DNA from: Actinophytocola sp.
GTDB lineage: Bacteria > Actinomycetota > Actinomycetes > Mycobacteriales > Pseudonocardiaceae
Reading direction: 5' to 3'
Length of the DNA: 64,000 nucleotides
Assembly (NCBI GenBank): GCA_035995025.1
Contig: DASYKY010000080.1
Coordinates: 103,308-167,307 of the forward strand
This document shows positions 28,861 to 38,631 of this stretch, piece after piece. The position numbers and the translations under genes are program-made. The notes beneath the pieces are model-generated. The model saw only the letters and a list, made by a program, of their open reading frames with translations, ran no database searches and was not told the origin of the DNA. Position 1 is the stretch's first letter. The number at the start of each line of letters is the position of its first letter.

Positions 28861-30740
28861 TGACCCTCGTTGACGCGGCCCCCCTGCGGGCCGGACACCG
28901 GCCCGTCTCCGTCCTGCGGCTGATCGCCTGCGGCTCGGTCGACGACGGCAAGTCCACGCTGATCGGCAGGCTCCTCGCGGAGACCGGCAGCGTGCCCGAC
29001 GACCAGCTCGACTACGCCCGGCGCACCCGCCGCGGCGGCTCGACCGTGCCGGTCGGCGAGGTGGACTACTCGCTGCTGACCGACGGCCTCGAGGCCGAGC
29101 ACGAGCAGGGCATCACGATCGACGTCGCCTACCGTCACCTCGACCTGCCCTCGGGCCGCCGGGTGATCATCGCCGACGCGCCGGGGCACGAGCAGTACAC
29201 CCGCAACATGGCGGTCGCGACCTCCACCGCGGACGTGGCGCTGCTGCTGGTCGACGCGACCAAGGGCATCCGGGCCCAGACCCGCAGGCACCTGGCCGTG
29301 TGCGCGCTGATGGGCGTGCGCACCGTGATCGCCGCGGTGAACAAGCTCGACGCCCGCGGCTACGACCACGTCCTCTACGAGGAGCTGGCCGGCGGCGTGC
29401 GCTCCGCGGCCGCCCGCTTCGACGTCGAGGACGTCGAGGTCATCCCGGTCAGCGCGCTGGGCGGGGACAACGTCATCACCGGGTCGGCGAAGATGCCGTG
29501 GTACCACGGTCCGACGGTGCTCGGCGCGCTGTCGGCATGGCGGCCGCCGGAGCACGAGCCGGCCGACGACGGGGGTTTCCGGCTGCCGGTTCAGTACATC
29601 GTGCGCGCGGACGACTTCCGCGGCTTCGCCGGCACGGTCGTCGGCGGCTCGCTGCGGCCCGGCGACCCGGTGGTGGTCGCCGGCAGCGGTGCCGCCTCCA
29701 CGATCGCCACGGTCCGCGGGCCCGACGGGCCGGTCGACCGGGCCGACCCGGACATGCCCGCCACCGTCACGCTCGCCGACGAGATCGACGTGCGGCGCGG
29801 CGACCTGCTCACCACCCCGCCCGCCACGAGCGGCGACCTGGAGCCGGCGACCGCGTTCTCCGCGCATCTGGTGTGGACCGCCGACGAGCCGCTCGCGCAC
29901 GGCCGGTCCTACCTGCTGCTCGCCGGCCCGCTGACCGTGCCGGCCGTGGTCACGACCATCCGCGGCAAGCTCGACGTCAACTCCGGCGAGCAGCTCGCGG
30001 CCCGCACCCTCGGCATCAACGACATCGGCACGGTCGAGCTGACCACCAACAGCCCGGTGTCGCTGGACCGGTACGCCACCAGCCGCGACACCGGCAGCTT
30101 CCTGCTGGTGGACCGGGTCAGCAAGGACACCGTCGCCGCAGGCATGGTCCGCCATCCGCTGCGCCGCGGTACCAACATCGTCCCGCACGACTACGCGGTC
30201 GACCGCGCCGCGCGGTCCCGGCTCAAGGGCCAGCGGTCGCGGGTGCTGTGGCTGACCGGCCTGCCCGGCGCGGGCAAGTCGACGATCGCCGACGCGCTCG
30301 AGCGGCGGCTGCACTCGATGGGCCTGCACACTTACGTGCTCGACGGCGACAACGTCCGAAGTGGACTGAACAAGGACCTCGGGTTCACCCCCGAGGACCG
30401 CGCGGAGAACGTGCGCCGCGTCGCCGAGACCGCCCGGCTGCTGCTGGACGCCGGGCTGATCGTCGTCGTCGCGCTCGTCTCGCCGTTCCGGTCCGACCGC
30501 ATGGTGGCGAAGAGCCTGTTCGACGCGGGCGACTTCCTCGAGTGCTGGGTCGACACGCCCGCGGAGGTCTGCGCCGAGCGGGATCCGAAGGGGCTCTACG
30601 CCAAGGCGAAGGCCGGCAAGATCCCCAACATGACCGGTGTCGGCCAGGGCTACGAGGAGCCAGAGCAGCCGGACCTCGTGGTGAACGGCGCGGGCTCGCT
30701 CGAGGACACGGTGGCAGAGCTGGTCTCCAAACTCGTCTAG
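28860..30740 (+). CDS. cysNC: Bifunctional ATP sulfurylase large subunit / APS kinase
   Basis: GSVDDGKST, QGITIDVAYR, DAPGH and NKLD; C-terminal GLPGAGKST, LDGDNVR and RDPKGLY. Confidence 0.95.
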   Translation: MTLVDAAPLRAGHRPVSVLRLIACGSVDDGKSTLIGRLLAETGSVPDDQLDYARRTRRGGSTVPVGEVDYSLLTDGLEAEHEQGITIDVAYRHLDLPSGRRVIIADAPGHEQYTRNMAVATSTADVALLLVDATKGIRAQTRRHLAVCALMGVRTVIAAVNKLDARGYDHVLYEELAGGVRSAAARFDVEDVEVIPVSALGGDNVITGSAKMPWYHGPTVLGALSAWRPPEHEPADDGGFRLPVQYIVRADDFRGFAGTVVGGSLRPGDPVVVAGSGAASTIATVRGPDGPVDRADPDMPATVTLADEIDVRRGDLLTTPPATSGDLEPATAFSAHLVWTADEPLAHGRSYLLLAGPLTVPAVVTTIRGKLDVNSGEQLAARTLGINDIGTVELTTNSPVSLDRYATSRDTGSFLLVDRVSKDTVAAGMVRHPLRRGTNIVPHDYAVDRAARSRLKGQRSRVLWLTGLPGAGKSTIADALERRLHSMGLHTYVLDGDNVRSGLNKDLGFTPEDRAENVRRVAETARLLLDAGLIVVVALVSPFRSDRMVAKSLFDAGDFLECWVDTPAEVCAERDPKGLYAKAKAGKIPNMTGVGQGYEEPEQPDLVVNGAGSLEDTVAELVSKLV

Positions 30741-30751
30741 AAAGGTCACGG

Positions 30752-31912
30752 ATGGCGCGGCAACGGGTGTTCCTGCACATCGGCTCGCCGAAGACCGGCA
30801 CCACCTTCCTGCAGGAGGTGCTGTGGTCGAACCGGGACGCGCTGCGCAGGGCGGGCGTGCTCTATCCGGGGGCGCGGCCCGACGCGCACTTCCTGGCCAC
30901 GCAGGACCTGCGCGAGCTGACCTGGCACGGGCACGTCGACCCGGCGGTGGCCGGCAGCTGGGACCGGCTCGTCACCGAGGTCCGTAGTTGGCCCGGCGCG
31001 TCGGTCATCTCCCACGAGATGCTCGGCAGCGCTGCGCCGAAGGCGATCAAGCGCGCGCTGCAGTCGCTCGCCGGGCTCGAGGTGCACGTCCTGCTGACCA
31101 CCCGCGACCTCTCCCGGCAGGTGCCCGCGGTGTGGCAGGAGGACGTGAAGAACTGCGGCATGCTGACGTTCGGCGAGTTCACCCGCTCGCTGCGCGGGCT
31201 CGACGACTCGATAGACCCGTTCTTCGCCAGGACGTTCTGGGGCTACCAGGACCTGCCGGTGGTGGTGCGGAACTGGGCCGGTGAGCTGCCCGCGGACCGC
31301 GTGCACCTCGTGACCGTGCCGCGCGGCGCCGCGCGCGACGAGCTGTGGCACCGCTTCGCGGAGACGGTCGGCTTCGACGCGACGAACCGCCCGGTCGAGG
31401 TGGACGTGCAGAACCCGTCGATGGGCGTGGTGGAGACCAACGTCGTCCGGCGGGTCAACGAGCTGGTCGTCAGCGAGCTGGACTGGCCCGCTTACCAGAG
31501 CCTGGTCAAGAACACGCTCGCGGTGAACGTGCTGGCCGCGCGGCCAGACTCGGTGCCGCTGCGGCTGCCGGCCGTGGACCAGGACTGGGTGCTGCAGAAG
31601 AGCAAGGAGATGGTCCAAGCCCTGCGCGAGGCGGGCTACCAGGTCACCGGCGACCTCGACGACCTCCTCCCGGCGTTCGGCGACGCCGAGCCGCGCCACC
31701 CCGACGACGTCACCGACTCGGAGGTGCTCGACGCCGCGATCTACGCGGTCGCGGGCCTGCTGCACCAGCTGCAGGCCGAGCGGGAACTGGCCGTCGAGCA
31801 GCGCGCGAACCTGGCGAAGCTGCTCGTCCCCCGCCCGTTCCGCTGGGCGATCGACCGGTACCGCGACGCGCGCGTCCGGCTGCACGACCTCAAGCAGTCA
31901 CGCGGAGCGTGA
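30752..31912 (+). CDS. Sulfotransferase-family protein
   Basis: N-terminal LHIGSPKTGTTFLQ PAPS-binding loop, ISHE and RDLSRQVPAVWQE; directly follows cysNC. Confidence 0.8.
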   Translation: MARQRVFLHIGSPKTGTTFLQEVLWSNRDALRRAGVLYPGARPDAHFLATQDLRELTWHGHVDPAVAGSWDRLVTEVRSWPGASVISHEMLGSAAPKAIKRALQSLAGLEVHVLLTTRDLSRQVPAVWQEDVKNCGMLTFGEFTRSLRGLDDSIDPFFARTFWGYQDLPVVVRNWAGELPADRVHLVTVPRGAARDELWHRFAETVGFDATNRPVEVDVQNPSMGVVETNVVRRVNELVVSELDWPAYQSLVKNTLAVNVLAARPDSVPLRLPAVDQDWVLQKSKEMVQALREAGYQVTGDLDDLLPAFGDAEPRHPDDVTDSEVLDAAIYAVAGLLHQLQAERELAVEQRANLAKLLVPRPFRWAIDRYRDARVRLHDLKQSRGA

Positions 31913-32032
31913 CCGTGAACGGCAACTGCTGACCCCATTTGGCCGCTGGTGTCCGGTTGCTGGTACTTCCTAACTTCTTCTCTGTGGGGACGGAACATTC
32001 CTCACACTTGGAGAAGGAAGGAAACCCTGCAC

Positions 32033-33130
32033 ATGAACCTCACCCGAAAAACAATCCTTCGGTCGCTGACCGTCGCGGCCGCGGCGGCCGCGCTCGTGCC
32101 GCTGGCGACGACCAGCGCGCAGGCGCTGCCGGCCGGCTACGGCGCGCCGGTCGCCGACGCGGCGGTCGCCTCGCTCGTCTCGACCGGGATGAGCGCGTCC
32201 GACGCGCTGCAGCGGCTCGCCGACCAGCCCGCGCTGATCGCGCGCGGCGAGCGGCTCGTCGACGTGGCCGGCGCTAGCTCGGCCGGCATGTGGCTCGACC
32301 AGCACACGGGGTCCGTGGTGGTCGGCGTCGTCGACGAGCAGGCCGCGGCGGCCGTCCGCGCGGTGGGCGGCACCGCGAGGGTCGTCGAGCACAGCACGAC
32401 GGAACTCGAGTCGGTCCGGGACGCGGTCGCGCAGCGGCAGCCCGCGGACACGGCGGCGGGCATCGACGTCCGGGCCAACCAGGTCGTGGTCCAGATCGGC
32501 GAGACCGCCAAGGCGAGCGCGCTCGCCGCGACGGCCGCGCGCTACGGCGACGCGGTGCGCGTTGAGCACATCGACGGGTCGTTCCGGACGGCGATCTCCG
32601 GTGGCGACGCGATCACCGGCAGCGGCGGGCGGTGCTCGCTGGGCTTCTCCACCACCGGCAACACCGGCATCACCGCCGGGCACTGCACCTCGGCGATCGC
32701 GTCGTGGAGCGACCCGAGCGGCGCGTTCTACGGCCCGTCGGTCGGCGCCAGCTTCCCGGGCAACGACTACGGCCTCATCCGCAACGACGGCGGGCTCGCG
32801 CAGCCCGGCAACGTGAACCTGTACAACGGCAGCTTCCAGGACATCACCGGTGCCGGGAACCCGACGGCGGGCATGCAGATCTGCAAGAGCGGCAGCACGA
32901 CCGGCCTCACCTGCGGCCAGGTCACGCGCACCGGCCTGCAGATCTGCTACGCCGAGGGCTGCGTGAACAACATGGCGGAGAGCACGGCCGCCGTGAACCC
33001 GGGTGACAGCGGCGGCGCCTGGTTCGCCGGCTCCACCGCGATCGGCATCACCTCCGGCATGGGCGGTGGCTTCAGCTACTTCCAGCCGGTGATCGGCGGG
33101 CTGAACCTGTTCGGGGTCAACGTCTTCTAG
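32033..33130 (+). CDS. Secreted S1 serine protease (streptogrisin/alpha-lytic type) with propeptide
   Basis: Signal peptide; CSLGF, TAGHC, NDYG, CKSGSTTG and GDSGG. Confidence 0.93.
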   Translation: MNLTRKTILRSLTVAAAAAALVPLATTSAQALPAGYGAPVADAAVASLVSTGMSASDALQRLADQPALIARGERLVDVAGASSAGMWLDQHTGSVVVGVVDEQAAAAVRAVGGTARVVEHSTTELESVRDAVAQRQPADTAAGIDVRANQVVVQIGETAKASALAATAARYGDAVRVEHIDGSFRTAISGGDAITGSGGRCSLGFSTTGNTGITAGHCTSAIASWSDPSGAFYGPSVGASFPGNDYGLIRNDGGLAQPGNVNLYNGSFQDITGAGNPTAGMQICKSGSTTGLTCGQVTRTGLQICYAEGCVNNMAESTAAVNPGDSGGAWFAGSTAIGITSGMGGGFSYFQPVIGGLNLFGVNVF

Positions 33131-35109
33131 GCTCCACAAGGCATGACCCTCCGTTGGACCGCAAGGAGATAGTCCTTGCGGTCCAACGGGTTGTGGTCGG
33201 TCCGCGGCCTGCTCGGCGGCGGGCCGGCGACCGGCCGATAATGGTCGAACTCGTACTCCAGCACACCCTCGCCGCGGGTCCACGAGGGCAGCAGCTGCTG
33301 CAGCTCGTGCACCGCGCCCGCCGGCACGTGGCCCTCGACGGCGTACGCGCTGCCCGCCGGCACCTGCGTCGCGGGGATCGCGCGCAGCCGGGCCAGCGCC
33401 GGGAGCACCGCGCCGAGCGTGTCCGCCGGGATCTCCAGGCGGAACCGGTGCATCGGCTCGAACACGGTGGTGCCGGCCCGCCGCAGCGCGGTCATCAGCA
33501 CCAGCGGCGTCAGGTTGCGGAAGTCCCCGGCCGTGCTCGACATGCTCTTGTCGAACTTCTGGTGCATGTGGCTCTGCCGTGGGTAGTAGCCGGAATGCGT
33601 CATCGTCACCACGCAGTCCAGCACCTGCCAGCCGTGCACGCCCTGGGTGAGCACCTCGTGCACGGTCTCCTCCACCGCCTTGAAGAACGCGTACGGCATC
33701 GAGCCCAGCTCGACCTCCAGCCGGAACGCGACGCCGCTGCCCGGCGGCGCCGGGTCGACACGCAGCCCGACCTGTGCGAGGAACGGGTTGGTGGGCTTGC
33801 CGAGCAGCTCGTACGCCGCACCGCTGCCGGCCGGCCGCTCGGCGCAGATGGTGGTCGACTCGCGGAACGACACGGCCAGGCCGTACTCCTGCGCCAGCGT
33901 CGCCTCGATGACCTCCTTCTGCACCTCGCCGTACAGCGACACGGAGATCTCCTGCCGGAGCTCGTCGAGCCGCAGGTTGATCAGCGGGTCCTGCTCGGCC
34001 AGGGAGACCAGCGCCGGATGCAGCGCGCCCTTGTCCTGCGGCCGGGCCGGCACGACGACCGTCTCCAGTGTCGGCGGCGCGAAGTGGTGCTCGGTGCTTC
34101 GGCGGGGGACACCGATCGCGTCGCCGATCCGGATGTCGCGCAGGCCCCACAGCTTGCCGATCTCCCCCGCGGTGACGGCCTTGCGCGCCACGGCGGTGCC
34201 GTTGTCGAACACGCCGACCGCTGTCACCTTGCCGCGCCCGCCGTTCCCGAACCGCACGACGTCGCGCAGCCGCACGGTGCCGGCGAACATCCGCGCGTAG
34301 GCGATCTTCTCCCCCGCCGGCCCACGCTCCACTTTGAACACCGTGCCGGACACCGGCGCGTGCGGGTCGCCCTCGGTGGCGGGCAGCAGCGTCGCGATCC
34401 CCTCGGTCAGCTCGGCGACGCCCGCACCGGTGACGGCCGAGCCGGGATACGCCGGGTGCACGAGCGCCCGCCTGGTCTGCGCCACCAGCGCGGCCCGGAG
34501 CCGTTCTTCCGGCAACGGGCCGTCGACGTACGCGGCGAGCAAGGCGTCGTCGCGCTCGGCGAGGATCTCGGCGAGCCCGGGCGGCCCATCCGCGTACGGC
34601 ACGACCCGAGCGCCGCGGGTGCCGGGCGTGGTGGCCTCGCCCATCGGCACGATCGCCGGGGTCAGCGAGTCCGCGATCGCGCGCAGCACCCGGCCGGTGT
34701 CCGCGCCGCCGCGGTCGATCTTGTTCAGGAAGATCAGCGTCGGGATCCGCAGCCGCTGCAGGGTGCGCATGAGCACCCGGGTCTGCGCCTGCACGCCCTC
34801 GACGGCCGAGATCACCAGGACCGCGCCGTCGAGCACGCTGAGCACCCGTTCCACCTCGGCGATGAAGTCCGGGTGGCCGGGCGTGTCGATCAGGTTGACG
34901 GTGACGTCCCCGATCGGGAACGACACGACGGCGGCCTTGATCGTGATGCCGCGCTGCCGTTCCAGCGCCAGGGAGTCGGTCTGGGTACTGCCGTCGTCGA
35001 CACTGCCGACGCGGTCGATGACCCCGGCCCCGTGCAGGAGCCGTTCGGTCAGGCTGGTCTTGCCGGCGTCAACGTGGGCGAGGATCCCCAAGTTCAGGAT
35101 GCGACTCAA
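33127..35109 (-). CDS. otr(A): Tetracycline ribosomal protection GTPase, Otr(A)/TetM family
   Basis: AHVDAGKTSLTE, RQRGITI, DTPGHPDF, NKID, YGEVQKEV, NPFLA and STAGDFRNLTPLVL; TTG start. Confidence 0.88.
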   Translation of the reverse strand: MSRILNLGILAHVDAGKTSLTERLLHGAGVIDRVGSVDDGSTQTDSLALERQRGITIKAAVVSFPIGDVTVNLIDTPGHPDFIAEVERVLSVLDGAVLVISAVEGVQAQTRVLMRTLQRLRIPTLIFLNKIDRGGADTGRVLRAIADSLTPAIVPMGEATTPGTRGARVVPYADGPPGLAEILAERDDALLAAYVDGPLPEERLRAALVAQTRRALVHPAYPGSAVTGAGVAELTEGIATLLPATEGDPHAPVSGTVFKVERGPAGEKIAYARMFAGTVRLRDVVRFGNGGRGKVTAVGVFDNGTAVARKAVTAGEIGKLWGLRDIRIGDAIGVPRRSTEHHFAPPTLETVVVPARPQDKGALHPALVSLAEQDPLINLRLDELRQEISVSLYGEVQKEVIEATLAQEYGLAVSFRESTTICAERPAGSGAAYELLGKPTNPFLAQVGLRVDPAPPGSGVAFRLEVELGSMPYAFFKAVEETVHEVLTQGVHGWQVLDCVVTMTHSGYYPRQSHMHQKFDKSMSSTAGDFRNLTPLVLMTALRRAGTTVFEPMHRFRLEIPADTLGAVLPALARLRAIPATQVPAGSAYAVEGHVPAGAVHELQQLLPSWTRGEGVLEYEFDHYRPVAGPPPSRPRTDHNPLDRKDYLLAVQRRVMPCGA

Positions 35110-35170
35110 GCGTCATGTCCTCTGGGTAGGCGAAAGTTCCAGATGGGGTGGACATGAACGCTGCTCGCAT
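35069..35170 (-). CDS. Putative 33-aa leader peptide (uORF) overlapping the otr(A) start out of frame
   Basis: GAGGAG RBS then MRAAFMSTPSGTFAYPEDMTLESHPELGDPRPR*. Confidence 0.4.
   Translation of the reverse strand: MRAAFMSTPSGTFAYPEDMTLESHPELGDPRPR
35110..35161 (-). promoter_or_regulatory. Stem-loop sequestering the otr(A) RBS
   Basis: Minus-strand gcgttcatgtcc pairs with ggacatgacgc, covering part of the GAGGA RBS. Confidence 0.55.
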
Positions 35171-35173
35171 GAT

Positions 35174-35229
35174 CCCGCTCCTCTTCTCGCCTGCTGCCGC
35201 ACAGGACACCAGGCGAGAAGAGGAGCGGG
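35174..35229. terminator. Perfect 20-bp inverted repeat (terminator/attenuator)
   Basis: cccgctcctcttctcgcctg-N16-caggcgagaagaggagcggg. Confidence 0.8.
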
Positions 35230-35262
35230 CAACCGAATTACCGACCGAACTACCCGACCGAC

Positions 35263-36519
35263 TTACCCGACCGCGACCGACCCGTCCGGCTGGCGCGCAC
35301 ACGACACCGCGCGGCTCGCGGTGGTCGCCGCGCCGGCCAGGCACTGGCCGAGCACCCCGTACCCGTTCACGTTGGGGTGCCAGGACTCCTGGCAGGTCTG
35401 GAAGTAGTCGACGCAGGTCTGGGCGATGCGCTGGATGGCGATCTTGTCCTTGCCGTCGAAGCTCGTCACCGGCACGCCGCTCGGCCCGTCCTGCAGCCGG
35501 ATCGGCGTGGCGAGCGCGTTGTCCGGGCTGCCGTCCTGCTCGCAGAGCCGGGCGCCGTCGAAGGCGTGCTGCACGTCGAGGAACACGAGGTCGTCGTTCG
35601 GGAACTCGGCGGACAGCGTCGAGTGCGCCGACTGCACGAGCCGGCCCAGGCCCTCGGAGAACAGGTGCCCGGCGGCGAGGCTCGCCCGGTGGGTCGGGCA
35701 GCCCGCGGCGTACCGCTCGGCGCCGAGCGCGCGGAACTTGTCCCGGTCGTCGGCCCGGCCGTCCTCCTCGTGGTAACGCTCCGCGTAGTCCTGCGGCAGC
35801 GGATTTGTGTAGTCCTGGAAGACGATCCGGTGCTGGCCGTCGGCGTCGACCTGGTCGAGCGTGGTGAGCAGGCCGCGCAGCGCGTCGATCGTCTCGGCAG
35901 TCCCGGCGGCGAGTTCGGCGTCGGTAGCCAGGTCGGAGATCACGCACGGCTCCTGCGGCGGGTCGCCGGCCCACACCTCCCACCAGCCGGTCCACGCGTC
36001 GGCGATGAACCGGTTGGCACACACGGAGGCCGCGTCGCCGAAGGTGAAGGAGCCGTTGTTCGACCCGAGGCCGACTAGCACCAGGTCGATGTCGTGGGTC
36101 TGGGCGACCGCCTTGACCTGGTCGATCTGCGCGGCGACCGTCCGGCCGTGGTCGCGGCTGGCGGAGGGGTTCGCCATGTCGTGCGGCTGGCCGCCGGAGC
36201 AGGCGAGGTTGAAGCGGTCCTGGATGCCGGCGAGGTTCGCCTGCAGCAGCGAGGAGTGCGCGGAGCGGTGGCAGAAGAAGGCGTTGGCGTTGGGCGCCGA
36301 CCACCCGGGAAACCCTTGCGCCACACCGTCGACGTCGGTGACCGGCTGGTAGTCGCCGCCACCCTCGCCGCTGATGAAGCTGTCCCCGAGCGCGACGGCC
36401 GCGGTCGGCAGCTCGGCCGCCCCGGGTCCGTCCGGTGCGGCGACGGCGGTGAGCACGCCGGCGGTGGTGAGCGTGACGGCCACCCCGGCCGCCAGCAGTG
36501 AACGTTTGAGCAGGGACAT
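35263..36519 (-). CDS. Secreted SGNH/GDSL hydrolase
   Basis: Signal peptide; ALGDSFISGEG, CHRS, NLACSG, GSNN and ESWHPN. Confidence 0.85.
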   Translation of the reverse strand: MSLLKRSLLAAGVAVTLTTAGVLTAVAAPDGPGAAELPTAAVALGDSFISGEGGGDYQPVTDVDGVAQGFPGWSAPNANAFFCHRSAHSSLLQANLAGIQDRFNLACSGGQPHDMANPSASRDHGRTVAAQIDQVKAVAQTHDIDLVLVGLGSNNGSFTFGDAASVCANRFIADAWTGWWEVWAGDPPQEPCVISDLATDAELAAGTAETIDALRGLLTTLDQVDADGQHRIVFQDYTNPLPQDYAERYHEEDGRADDRDKFRALGAERYAAGCPTHRASLAAGHLFSEGLGRLVQSAHSTLSAEFPNDDLVFLDVQHAFDGARLCEQDGSPDNALATPIRLQDGPSGVPVTSFDGKDKIAIQRIAQTCVDYFQTCQESWHPNVNGYGVLGQCLAGAATTASRAVSCARQPDGSVAVG

Positions 36520-36623
36520 CACGGACTCCCGAATGGCCACGACCGAAAATGTGAACAAATTTCACGTCGATGAGACCACTCGGCCGCGTCTCCGTCAAGA
36601 TCCCTTCGTCGGTGCCGCGCTCC

Positions 36624-38018
36624 TCAGCGGCTCTTGTGGCGGGCGCCGCCGTGGGCGAACGACGCGGCCTCCGGGCCCCGCACCGGGGCTCGCTGGGCAC
36701 GCAGCCGGGGCAGGCACGACTCCAGGTCGGCGACGAACAGGTCCGCCATATCATGGGTGAAGCCGTTGCGTACCACCACGCGCAGCGCCGCCAGGTCCTC
36801 CCGGTTCGCCGGGAACGTGTACGCCGGGACGAGCCAGCCGCTCTCCCGCAGCGCGGCGGACAGGTCGAACACCGAGAAGCCATCGTCCGCCACCGTGAAC
36901 GCGAAGACCGGCAGCTCGTTGCCGTCGGTCAGCAGCTGGAACGGGCCCAGCTTCGCGATCCGCGCGGACAGGCTCGTGGCGACCTCGCGGCTGTAGGACT
37001 GCACGCGTGCGAAACCGACGCGCCCGAGCCGCAGGAACGTGTAGTACTGCGCCGCGACCTGCGCGCCAGGCCGCGAGAAGTTCAGCGCGAACGTCGGCAT
37101 CTCGCCGCCCAGGTAGTTCACCCGGAACACCAGGTCGTCCGGCAGCGCCGCCGCGTCGCGCCACACGATCCAGCCCACGCCCGGGTACACCAGGCCGTAC
37201 TTGTGGCCCGACGTGTTGATCGAGCACACCCGCGGCAGCCGGAAGTCCCACACCAGGTCCGGGTCGCAGAACGGCGCGATCATCGCGCCGGACGCGCCGT
37301 CGACGTGCACCGGGATGTCCCAGCCGCGCTCGGCCTGCAGCTGGTCGAGCGCCGCGCAGACGTCGGCCACCGGCTCGTAGCTTCCGTCGAAGGTGGATCC
37401 GAGGATCACGACCACGCCGATCGTGTTGGCATCGCAGTACTTCACGACCTCCTCGGCGGTGAGGTGGAGCCGGTCGCCCTCCATGGGCACCAGCCGCGCC
37501 TCGACGTCCCAGTAGTTCGCGAACTTGTCCCAGCAGACCTGGACGTCGATGCCCATCACGATGTTCGGCGTGCCGGTGCCGCCCGCGTGCTTCCAGCGGC
37601 GCTTCATCGCGAGGCCGGCCAGCATGCACGCCTCGCTCGACCCGGTGGTCGAGCAGCCGGTCGGGTTCGCGGACTCCGGCGAGTGCCACAGGTCGGCGAG
37701 GATGTGCACGCAGCGCTTCTCGAGCTCGGCGGTGCGCGGGTACTCGTCCTTGTCGATCATGTTCTTGTCGAGGCATTCGGCCATCAGCGTGCGGGCCTGC
37801 GGCTCCATCCACGTCGTGACGAACGTGGCGAGGTTGAGGCGGGCGTTGCCGTCGAGCATCAGTTCGTCGTGCACGATCTGGTAGGCGGTCTCCGCGTCGA
37901 GCTCGTCGGACGGGATGCGCAGCCGCGGGATCTCCAGTGGTTCCCGGGTGAACACGGGGTTCACCGACACTCGCTCACTGCCGTGGTCCTGGTGGTCGCT
38001 GGGATGGGCGAGAGGCAT
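36624..38018 (-). CDS. gadB: Glutamate decarboxylase
   Basis: LDGNARLNLATF, KNMIDKDEYP, HVDGASG, SGHKYG (PLP lysine) and LNFSRP. Confidence 0.95.
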   Translation of the reverse strand: MPLAHPSDHQDHGSERVSVNPVFTREPLEIPRLRIPSDELDAETAYQIVHDELMLDGNARLNLATFVTTWMEPQARTLMAECLDKNMIDKDEYPRTAELEKRCVHILADLWHSPESANPTGCSTTGSSEACMLAGLAMKRRWKHAGGTGTPNIVMGIDVQVCWDKFANYWDVEARLVPMEGDRLHLTAEEVVKYCDANTIGVVVILGSTFDGSYEPVADVCAALDQLQAERGWDIPVHVDGASGAMIAPFCDPDLVWDFRLPRVCSINTSGHKYGLVYPGVGWIVWRDAAALPDDLVFRVNYLGGEMPTFALNFSRPGAQVAAQYYTFLRLGRVGFARVQSYSREVATSLSARIAKLGPFQLLTDGNELPVFAFTVADDGFSVFDLSAALRESGWLVPAYTFPANREDLAALRVVVRNGFTHDMADLFVADLESCLPRLRAQRAPVRGPEAASFAHGGARHKSR

Positions 38019-38109
38019 GCGGCCCTCCGAAGATGTGGTGACCCCGACCCGGACCCAGCCTCGCACCGGTCGCGGCACCGCGCATCCGCAGCGGTCGGAC
38101 GGGGCGTGC

Positions 38110-38475
38110 TCAGACCGGCGTGCACTGGTCGTGCAGGAGCAACCAGCCCCCGCCGACGCACACGAACACGAGGCCGACCAGATATCGCGTCCGGACCGGT
38201 TCGCCCGCGCGGTCCACGTCGCGGTAGTCGGCCTCGTACAGCGCCCGGGCGGCCTGCTCGCCGACGGTTGTCGTTCGCTCGGTGAGGTCCTGGGTCCAGT
38301 CCGGGTCGGCGAAGAACTCGCGGTGGAAGTCGACCACCGCGGCCTTCCCGGTCAGCGTCGTCCCGGTCGGCAGCACGACCACCACGTCGTCGTGCAGCGT
38401 TGCCGCGAAGCCGTCGAGGTCCCGGCCGTTGATCGTGTCGAGGTGCCGGCCGATGGCCGCGCGCGCGTCAGGCAT
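38110..38475 (-). CDS. NTF2/SnoaL-like (DUF4440-type) protein
   Basis: RDLDGFAATLHDD...GKAAV...WLLLHDQCT pattern. Confidence 0.75.
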   Translation of the reverse strand: MPDARAAIGRHLDTINGRDLDGFAATLHDDVVVVLPTGTTLTGKAAVVDFHREFFADPDWTQDLTERTTTVGEQAARALYEADYRDVDRAGEPVRTRYLVGLVFVCVGGGWLLLHDQCTPV

Positions 38476-38631
38476 GGCCGGATCCTGCCGAGCGGTCGCC
38501 CCCGGGGCCAACGCAATTACGTACGCACTTCTGTGAATTTCACACAGACATTCGTCGGTAGTGGTCACTTCGCACCCGTATCGACACTGACCGTGAACAC
38601 CTGCAGTCACTACGTAGCGAGGGGATTCCTG

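Noticed and set aside
27756-31912. Apparent 994-aa and 870-aa fusion ORFs in the track
   Set aside because: The N-terminal parts are shadow frames; real starts are 28860 (cysNC) and 30752 (sulfotransferase)
16093-31912. A single large biosynthetic cluster (SARP to sulfotransferase)
   Set aside because: No scaffold enzyme, mixed orientations and an intervening catabolic GH15; reported as separate modules instead
36549-36566. Rex/CRP-like palindrome tgtgaa-caaat-ttcacg
   Set aside because: Spacer length fits neither consensus; regulator cannot be assigned
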